DNA of 64,000 bases from Paraspadella gotoi. Lineage: Eukaryota; Animalia; Chaetognatha. Every line of letters starts with the position of its first letter. Position 1 is the stretch's first letter. The notes under the pieces were generated by a model that saw only the letters and a program-made list of their open reading frames with translations, was not told the origin of the DNA and searched no databases. The stretch spans positions 15,511,918 through 15,575,917 of the forward strand of contig CM119269.1 in the NCBI GenBank assembly GCA_051294375.1, read 5' to 3'. This document shows positions 51,401-61,130 of this stretch, piece after piece. The translations under genes were made by a program, and so were the position numbers.

Positions 51401-52464
51401 TTTTCATTGTGTCATAAACGTATTAATTTTATTTTATTAACTTTCTTTATTTCTTTTTATATTTTTTAGTTTTTTTATTATGTTTTCGTTTGCTCAGACT
51501 TAGTCTATGTTTGTTGATGATGATTGTACTGAATCGACCTTGTTGTATTCGAATCAAATCGCATATATATTTTTAAGAAAATTCATTAACTTATTAACGT
51601 TTGTCAATTAAAGAACTGGAACTTTTGTTACTCCGACCTGATCCTTCTGAAGCTGTTCATGTTCCCTTTCATCGGATCTCCCAGATCAGAGACGAACTTC
51701 TGAAGATGCTCGTCCGCGGCGACGGCGTCGTCGTCGGCGTATGTAGCTTCCACCGCCGAACTCGAATACCTGGAAAGAAAGGACTTGAGTTGCGGTACTA
51801 TCTTGTAAAACAAATGCACAATGTGGCCAGTAGGTTTCCATTTTCAAAATTTTTTTCTTTAAAGTTTGTAAAAAATTAAAATCAACTAAATTTCAATTGC
51901 GAAATTACTCGTTTCACTATTTTAAGTTTTTTTTAAATTGTGTTAATTTTCTTTCGTTTCGTTGTTTTTGTAGATTTAGAGAAAAACAAAGTTTATTTGT
52001 TTGTTTACAACGATTTTTGTTTCACATAGGGACATGTTTCGGCTTTATGAAGGCTTATACACAAAGCCGAAACATGTCCCTATGTGAAACAAAAATCGTT
52101 GTAAACAAACAAATAAAGTTTTTTTAAAATAATATTTTATTTATATGGTTTTATTTTATTTATTTATACTTTTTTCCTTCATCTTTTTAATTTTATATTT
52201 TTTAAACAAAAAACCATTTTCTAAAAAAAAAAACCCCAACAAAAGTCTCTGACGACTGACTTGGTGAGGGCGTCCCAGAGTTGTAATCCATCGTCTCTGT
52301 AGTAAAATCCTTGGAACCCGTCGTCCTCAGCCGAGGCGCCGAATCCCCGCTTCGACATCCCGCGGCGGAAGCACAATGTCCGCGTAGTCGAGGTCGCATG
52401 GCGGCGCGCTCGAACATCCGAACGCCTCCGAGAGTGCCTAAGAAGCCGAGGCGAGTAATCTCCT

Positions 52465-52504
<40 letters not shown>

Positions 52505-53600
52505 CTCTCCTCTCTCTCTCTTCTCTCTCTTCTCTCTCTCATCTCTCTCTCTCTCTCTCACACCACACCGTAGAAAAGAATCGATCTGTCAGCGGCGCCC
52601 TGTCCAGATCAGGGTCTGTCTCGCGAGCCAATTGATGCCGACGGCATTGTCCATTGGGCTAAGCATTTGTAAGACTGGGATTTGCGCAGCAGCTTCCTTG
52701 CCGATGGCCCAGACCCAATTGTGGTAAGCGATGGCGACGGGTTCGATGGAGAGATGACCCAGTCCCAGGTGGTTCACGAATTGCATCATCTATGCGTCAC
52801 GGATTAATTATTTAGTTAATCCTTCTTTGAAAATCTACAGCGTATTATCTAAAGCCCTTCTCTCACATGAGCGTCCGCGTTTTGCACGATTATCTTGGCG
52901 TAGAGCCACTTGTTTGGCGGGGATTTTGGCGTGAAGACCTCATTCGGTCGATCTGAAAACCGCGTCAGCTGAATCCCCAGGACTTTGAGGTTGTGCCCGC
53001 TGGAGAAGACCTCGTCGCTTCTGTGGCAGTGAGACGTTAGTGGGCGGAAAAAGACAAGAACATTAACAACTAAAACCAAGATGACCACGACCACGAAGAT
53101 TCCTTATATATATATATATATATATATATATTCTCGAAATATTCAGTATTCCAATCGACTTTATTGCAATAGTAATTCTATTTGAACTTGTTCCAACTTC
53201 ATTATTCAAATAATTCATTTGTCCTAATCTTCCTATTCAGCATTCTTTTTTAACTTTTAAGCTTGATCTTAATCGTCATGAATCCGTATTCCACTCTACT
53301 TACCTATACAGCAGTACCCAAGGGGCGTAATAGACGAACTCCGGGTGAGCCGCGTTTCGATAGCAACCGTCATCCTGCAGAGGATTGTCCGGAAGACCCT
53401 CCAACAGGTCGTAGTTTGCGACGAGGAGCCGCTTCTCTTCGATCAAAGTCTCTACGTTAACCGGTGCCTCGTCCAGGGTTTCGAGGACCCGCATGTCCTA
53501 GAGATTGAGGGATAAAGCCTGTCTGTCTGTCTGTCTTTCTTTCTTTCTTTCTTTCTCTCCTTTTCTCCTTCTTTCTTCATTTAGTAACCGATTTAAATGG

Positions 53601-53688
<88 letters not shown>

Positions 53689-56600
53689 CCCTCCTTTGTT
53701 TTCTTTCCGCCGTCATTTTTCATATTCTCTCGTCTCAAATCTACTTCCTTCTCCTGCACTCCACCGCCTCCTCAAACAACCTCCGGCACTTCGTCCAGAC
53801 TTCCAACGACTGTGACTTGGAACGGATTAATCCCTTGAAAGAACTGGCGGCAAAATTCCGCGTCGTCCTTCCAGTAGACGGAGAGGCGCTGAACCGTGGG
53901 CGGCATCGGGATGTAATCCGGATTAAAGAAGGAGATCCAACGGTTGCGAAGATCCTCCATGCGTTTGTTCTGACCCGTCATGCAGTAAAGGCCCCGGATG
54001 ATGCGGCTCACCACGAGGCCCCACCGCTCGGGCTTTAACATGCGGTCTATGGGTATCACGTTGGCCACGCCTGGCAGTAGATTTTGGCGGTGGGGGCGGG
54101 GAGAGGGCTAAGCTTTTATATCTTACAATTTTCATATTTTGATTCGTATATATAGTTTCGATATTATTTTATACTCGCGTTTGATTTTGATTTTTAAATT
54201 TTTAAGGTCTTGCCGTGAAGTGTATTGATTCACCATAAATCTCTCGGTCCCAATTTATTGAATTGAATCTCAATGATCTGATTCGATAATTCAAAAATAC
54301 AATTTTGACTAAAGTTTCACGCACGGTGTTTCCTCCGTTCTTCTTTGTGCATTTTGGTCCTTAACGTCTCCGCTACTCGAACGCCCCATGACCCTTTTAC
54401 TATTTACTTCTCCCACTCCCCAAACCACCCTTCAAGCTTTAACCCCATCTAACCCGGCATTTTGGAGGTGTCAAGATTCATGAACTTGAGTCTCCCGAAT
54501 TCGATCTCGTGATGCGGGTTGGCGAACAGGGTCGCGAGACTCGAGAACACCTGTCGCTTCACCTCCTCCAAGCTGCTCACGAACCTAAAAGAAGGAAAGG
54601 ACAAAAGATCAAGAGTCGATTTTCATTTTCTGTCGCTGACGGCGCTGCTCGTTGCGAGGACGAATAAAAAAAATAAAACAAAATAACACCGCGAACAAAA
54701 AAAAATCGAAACGACCCTTTAAACCGCTTTAATAAAACATTTTTGTACAAAAAAAGGTTCATTTTCTTTATTTGTCATATTTTATTTCTTTATGCTCTTT
54801 AATGCCTTTATTTTATTTAATGTCCTGCTACAAAATTTCCTCCAATATTAACCTTAACGCCCTCCGTTGCTGATCAAGAAACGAGACCATGGAGATATTC
54901 TCGATGGCTTTGCCTTCACGAAGTATGAAGCCGACGACGAATTCGAGGCGAGGTCCGGAGTCGTCCCCTTCCTTCTGCAGTAGGGAGAAACGAGTCTCGC
55001 CGGCGTCGACATTGGCGTCGTCGGTGTCGTCGGCGTCGACGTCGACGATCCGGCGCCGGATTTCGTCGACGCCGATTTCGCCGCCGAAGATTAAATCCTC
55101 GCGACTGAGACAGTCGTTGTCGTAGACTTCGAATCGGAGTCTGCGTTCGAATAGTTTATTTAAAATTATTATTTTAACTTTTATTATGTAACTTTTAAGT
55201 AAATTTAAGTTTCCCTCCTTTGTTCCAATCCAAAACCTGGCAAAGTGCTGTCCGACTTGAAACTTGGCCTCCTCCAGCCACGAGGGATTGCTGCTGTTGT
55301 TGACGATGCCCGTCTTGAACTCGTCGAGGGTTCGACCCGCGGAGTCGAGGACGGAGACGCGGACGAACGCGTCGGCGGAGGAGAGGCGGTCGGTGCGCGG
55401 AAGATGGCGAGCGTGGAGGCGTCCCACGCGAAGATCGCCCACGATGGGGTTGAGAAGACGGTCGAGGCCCTGGGGTGGAGAGAAAAGGGGGTGGAGTAGA
55501 AGTGGAGTAGAGGTGGAGTAGAGGTGGAGCGCGGGTGGAATAGGGTGGTCGAGGATGTACATTATTTGAATACTATTTTCCTTTCGATTATCATTTGATT
55601 TTAATTACGTTTCTTGATTGAGTGTTTGGCCACACTCTCAGACTATCCCTAGGTATCATCCCCCGGTGTCGCCCCTAGCCACCCGCCAGGGGAAAGGACT
55701 TTATTCTGACTGTTTACTTACTAACAGATTGGCGTCCCCGTCCATTGCGCCTCACCTTAATGGCGCACGCGTAGGCGACTTCCTGACCCGATCTGGCGGC
55801 GTCGACTAAAGCGGAGTTCGCCACCTCGAAGTCGCAGTCGAACGTGACGCTGGTGACGTCGTCCGCGGCCGGCGTCATCGTCACCGTCGTCGACGCCGCG
55901 ACCATTCCCGCGTTGGGTTCCATCCTGACGAACGAGTACACCATTTTCTGAGGGGGAGAAAAATTTTTTTTTTTCTTGTCGAATTAGAAGGAAATTATGT
56001 CAGAAAATAAATCTGAGAGACTAATCAGCATTACAATTTGTAGACATCAAATAAAAATTGAAGCAAAAATGAAATTTATTAAATGTCGGTTCGTTTGTTC
56101 CTTCGTCTGTTCTTAGTAGAAATTGATCAATTTAATCAAACAAACGCATCCATAAATTAATCAGTTAAATGAATCAATACAATCAATTAAAATTAATAAA
56201 GTCTCTTAAAAAATCACTAACATCAAATAATAAAATCAATTATGAAAAATCAATCTTTTTCCTCCCCTCACCTTTTGCTCGTCGTCCCGTTCGTCGAGCC
56301 TTTCCCAGATCACCCTCGCCTTCGTCTTGATCTTCCGCACGACGCCCACCTCGTCCTCGCCCTCCAACTCCGCCGCCTCGAAGCTGCTCCAGAAGGCGAG
56401 GGTTGATTCGCCGAAACCGCGGAAGGCCGCCCAGGTGGCATCGACCGGGGCGTGGACCAGCATGGACACGTGGGTACTTTTGAAAATTTGAAAATCAAAG
56501 GGATGATGTTAGTGAGTTTAATTTATGGATGTTGATGAGAACAAAAACGTATATTATAGACATTTTACTTGCCTTTCCAGATCTAAATGAAAATTTTAAA

Positions 56601-56714
56601 GTCAAATTTTTGTTTCATATGCTACTTTTGATTTGCACCCAACAGTCAGGTTAATTAATATTTTTAATTTTCAGTTTAACTAAATTTTCTCTCATTTTAC
56701 CTTCCCTTCGTCAT
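48414..56714 (-). CDS. Lipoxygenase with N-terminal SRPBCC and C2 domains (SRPBCC-C2-LOX fusion), 15 exons; apparent frameshifts at ~52300-52610
   Basis: Exons 56701-56714, 56272-56476, 55756-55947 (SRPBCC); 55237-55469, 54853-55140 (C2); 54454-54584, 53781-54070, 53304-53497, 52867-53020, ~52565-52789, ~52261-52437, 51638-51769, ~49006-49131, ~48651-48843, 48414-~48567. LOX motifs: WKDDAEFCRQFFQGINP, WLYAKIIVQNAD, NHLGLGHL, INWLARQTLI, FYYRDDGLQLW, SAFHAVQNNAQFDYMSFVPNKP, C-terminal ASVDI*. Confidence 0.9.
49180..51413. mobile_element. Non-autonomous DNA transposon (~2.2 kb) in a LOX intron, ~25-bp TIRs, 4-bp TSD ATAA
   Basis: Left GACACAATGAAAAATAACGTGGCG and right CGTTACGCTATTTTTCATTGTGTC; ATAA at 49176-49179 and 51414-51417; AT-rich interior with no transposase ORF. 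Confidence 0.75.
51992..52117. repeat. Perfect 55-bp inverted repeat (16-nt spacer) built from PLE-type hammerhead-bearing ends
   Basis: 51992-52046 is the exact reverse complement of 52063-52117; contains ATGAAGGCTT..AAAGCC-GAAA-CATG-TC. Confidence 0.85.
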
Positions 56715-57021
56715 TGTTGCAACAGAAGTTCTTGAACTGAGGCTTTTGCGCGATTTGACTAATCCAAGAGAGTTGTCAAAGCCCTGAGAAAGTGTAATAA
56801 GCGATTATGAAGCGGCAATTAGTCGATTTTAACTTTAGGAAAAATAAATGTGTCTTTACAAAAAATCTAGTAATACATGATAAATTCAATAAAAAAGAAG
56901 AATTTATTGATTTTATCCGAGTGAAAGATCGAGTCGAAAGGGGTTTTTAATTCCTGCCTCCCGCATGTTGCGCCAATTTCGTCGGCGAAATTGACGAAAA
57001 AACTCGACTGACGAATCAAGG

Positions 57022-57621
57022 AACAAGTTTGAGCAAACAATGTCGGATCTGCCTACGATAATTAAGCGGTAATCAGATGATAAATCACGATAATTCTTTC
57101 GATTTGTGATCCTAACAGATCGTACAATACCAAACCAATAGCATTTTTTCAGCTTGCTTAATTTTTTAAACTCGCATAATTTTTTCAACTCGTATCATTT
57201 TTTCAACAGGCATCTTTTTTTCAACACGCATCTTTTTTTAACTTGCATCATTTTTTTTAAATTCGAATAATTTTTTTAACTCGCATAATTTTTTTAACTG
57301 AAATCATTTTTTCAACTCAAATCATTGTTTTAATTTGTATAATGTTTACAATTCATATCATTTTTTCAACTGGCATAATTTTTTCAATTTGCCTATTTTT
57401 TTAATTTGCATAATTTTTTTAATTTGCATCATTTCTTCACTTTAATTAGTAAATTAAGTAAAACAATTGTTTTTTTTAATTTAAACTTGCATAATTTATT
57501 ATAATTCGATGATGTGACAAGATTTAAGTCAATGTCCGACAAGATTGAGGGGGCGGACCGACGGACCGATAAAGTGGATTATAGAGTCGGGATCTGCCGA
57601 TAAAAACTGCCGACTAAAAAC
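57022..57621 (+). mobile_element. HINE/DINE-like element (family A) with internal ~20-bp tandem array
   Basis: Ends shared with 28633-29400; internal degenerate repeats 'gcat(c/a)attttttt(c)aact' at ~57140-57430; terminal hairpin AGTCGG...CCGACT followed by AAAAA. Confidence 0.7.
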
Positions 57622-58295
57622 TGAACTGAGGGTCTCGTTTTCCGTATAAGGCGATTTACAGATTCCCGCGGAACTACTGGTTGGGATAAGTCGTGAGCCT
57701 ACCCTCAAGCAAGGGTTTTAGGTTTGACCCTGCCTTTCATTAGTCATTATTTGAATTTCTGAAGATTCCTTTCTAGGAAAATTCTCCCATGGAGATTCCT
57801 TAAAACAAGATTTCTCCCTGACCGTTCAATAACTAAAATTAACTAACAAATGTTCTTCATTATTTTTGGATGAAGTTATCTGTTGAAATTAATTTTCAAA
57901 CTTGTTCTCGAAATTAGTTTTCACTTGCAGACCAGTTCTAGAAAAACCTACTTTTCTCTGACCCCTGATTGACTTTTCTATTTTTGACTTTCTCCCCCTT
58001 CGTTTCGTTGGCTTTTGACAACTTTCAAACAGGTTTTATAACATATTAGTTGAAATTTTAGTTTTAATTACCGGTTTTCATCTCTTCTTCTCTTCACCTC
58101 TTCACCTCTTCACCTCTTCACCTCTTCATTCCTTTAAATTTGAAATCTGTCGTAATCATTCTCATTTTTATCTCTGTCTCTCAACTGAAATTAACACATT
58201 TCGTGACTATGGTTGAAAAATATGTTTGAATTTGAGTTTTTTTTACATTGTATAATTTCTTTCAGATGAGATTAGACGAGATTAAGGTAAATATT

Positions 58296-58380
58296 GATTT
58301 ATTTACAACAACAACGGGAGGATTAATATTCGGACATGTTTCGACTTTTGTTGAAAGCCTTCATCAGCACTGATGAAGAG
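58296..58380 (-). mobile_element. Solo PLE terminal fragment with hammerhead-like core
   Basis: Minus strand reads CTGATGA-A-GGCTTT..AAAGTC-GAAA-CATG-TC-CGAAT, with the same flank as the 13593 copy; it abuts an inverted CTGATGAAG. Confidence 0.55.
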
Positions 58381-60683
58381 TTTTTTTACATATATAACCC
58401 TGAATAGTTAATACACATTTTGCGGAAAAACTTTCCATATCAATCCTTCCCTACTCGCCCTCGCTTTATCAACTGAAATTAACTCGTTTTGTGGTTTGAT
58501 TGAATATCTCTTCGTCATCCAGGTCGTTTTAACCCCAATGTAAATCAGTGGCTGCGCCAATACATGTAAATCGCTTTTAAGGGCTTAAACTGAACTGTTA
58601 TTATGGTACTAATAATATTTTGATACTTAAAAATATTTTATAAATCAAAATAATATTATTTTAGTTTTGATATAAGATANNNNNNNNNNAAATATTTTAT
58701 AATTCAAAATAATATTATTTTGGTTTTGATATAAGATATATGATTAAAATGCTTTGATCAAGACATAGAATAAGAAATAGAATAAAATAAAATTAAAAAA
58801 AAAATACTTATCTAATAAGCCCTTTAGTAAAATAATGTGAAAATATAAAGAAAATACTTAAACTAAAATTTATTGTTATTTTATTTTTAAAAATGCTCTT
58901 TTATTTGTACAGCATCTGGTTTATTAAAATAAAACATGTAAAATTTGTTATTTTGTGTAAAACAATGTAAGTAAAGATGAAGTTGGTGTAGACAGAAGAG
59001 CAAATTTCTATAGAAAGTAAAGGGAAAATGCTCAAAGTAGAGATAGTAAAAGAGAAAAAAACAAAAAACAAAAAAAAACAATTGCCTTGCAAAGGCATTT
59101 CTTCATTTTCGTCATCATCAGCATCGTCGTCGTCGTAATCGCCTTTGACTACATCAAAAGTGAATAATGATGCAATTTAAAATGAAAGAATAGTTGAGAA
59201 AAAAATGGCGTGAAAGTAAAAACTTGAAATGAAGGAAAGAAGAGAGTCAAAATACAATCTTGCTTTCGGAATTTCGGATCCGGGGGAAGGTTTGCCAGCG
59301 GTGGTTTCACCGGCGCGTCACTCTTTAGAATTTAAAAGGGGGTTTTCCGACAAGGGCTAGAACCTGCGACATGGGGTTTGGAGGTGAAGCGTGAGCCCAA
59401 GTGAGCTGTTACGGCGCTGTCGGAGACAGTGATATTAATAGAAAAAGTTGATTCAAATCTCTGATAATCGAATTCTTCAACTCTCCATTGGAGATTTAGT
59501 ATTAGATCAAGCCGATTGAATTATGTATTTTGATTCAGTATCATAGGTTTACCGTAATGTTTCCGCAACATAGCCTGTCTTCACGAAATTAAAAGATCAT
59601 AAATATATATGGAAAATGGATATATTCATATATCGACTAGATACGTATTCATAAGGAAACCAATTATAATGCAGTTAGATTCTCAACGAAAATGAAAAGG
59701 GACAAGCTTACCAGCATTTTCCAAAAAAACTCAATGACTGGACGCACACGACGAATGATTTTGGACATTTTCCTTGAACCAAAAGTTCGTTTTATGTATA
59801 ATGTTTATATTAATTGGTTTATACAGGGCGAGTTGACGTTTAAGGGGTTTTCCTTTTTTTTCTCGAGAATGTTTCGAATTCCCTTTTATATTTCCTCCAT
59901 GGATGAAACAGGTTTAAGTCAAGGTTCTACGACTTTTCGAGAAGATTGTGATCGCGAAGATTAAAAGATTGAATGGATCATGATTAGATCATAGATCATA
60001 GTTTGGTCCTGTTACAATGTCATGGCAACGTGAAAATGACTACCGTTAGCTCGCCCATATAAAAGAATCTCATTTACTTTTTTTTTAAAGTTTAGATCGT
60101 AAATTCTGCTCGTGGTTCATATATCATGCTCCTCCTACAAATATAAAACTTTCTAACTTTAAAAATATGGTTTGAGGTCACCAAAAATTAACTCTACGTA
60201 ATAAGTCTGAACGATACAATTACAACGAATAAATTTTATTATTTGATATTACCAAGTAAAAAAAAAAACATTTTCAATCCATCCAGTAAATCTTTTGAGA
60301 AATCAAAATAATAAACACTCCTGTCAAATATATGTACAAAAATCAGAATCCATTTCATGCCACGTTGGCTGACATTTAAGATTCTTGAAACAAGTCATTC
60401 TACAGAAAATAAACGGATTAAAAACAAAAAAGAAAGTTATTTGCGCAGAAAGAAACTGATCTTCATATGGAATAACTTTCTCCGAAATTTAATCATAGGA
60501 AATATGATGATGACGACGACGACGACGACGACGACGACGCCGAAGACGACCGAGGAAAGCGAAAAACAAAAGGGAGAAAAAGATAACAGTAATTCATCGG
60601 AAGCGAGAAACCAATTTATAAAATCCAAAGCCTCGATTGCTTTATCGAAACCGAGGGGAATAAAAATAGTTGCTAGAAAGATT

Positions 60684-60766
60684 TCCGCTAGAGTGAACCA
60701 TTTAAAAAAAAAAAAAAAGGTTTTCGCTAGAGTGAACCATTTAAAAAAAAAAAAAGGTTTTCGCTA
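60684..60766. repeat. ~41-bp tandem duplication
   Basis: cgctagagtgaaccatttaaaaaaaaaaaa(aa)ggttttcgcta occurs twice. Confidence 0.8.
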
Positions 60767-61130
60767 CAAAAAATGTGTCGCGCAGTAAACATGGTAAAAA
60801 TGAGAAAAATAAAAAAAAATAATAAAACGCTACGCTTACAGCTACTAAATATGAAAAATATTTAGCTACTTTGGTAACTCAAAAGACGAAGACGATGACG
60901 GAGACGACGTCAAAGACGACGACGAGGACCTTATCATTTACCACTGGTGAATCTCACCACTCAACCCTGACGTAAACGAAACCGAACCCAATAGATAAAT
61001 CATATTTAATTCAATGATATTTAAAAATTTAAGACCTTCTAAGATTCTCCCCTCTCTATTCCTCAAAACCTACGGCTTCCTCCCGGAGAAAAACTTTTTC
61101 TCTTTCTCAGTCGCGGATCCTTCAGCGAAG

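Noticed and set aside
53498-54038. ORFs with poly-SL or poly-RE tracts (also 18734, 38635, 52202)
   Set aside because: Translations of (GA)n/(CT)n microsatellites.
48414-56714. Bacterial contamination as the source of the LOX, SRPBCC and AKR genes
   Set aside because: All carry multiple spliceosomal introns with host-type microsatellites and repeats.
57140-57430. Regularly spaced ~20-bp repeats resembling a CRISPR array
   Set aside because: Degenerate head-to-tail minisatellite without unique spacers, inside a HINE-like element in a eukaryotic genome; no cas genes.
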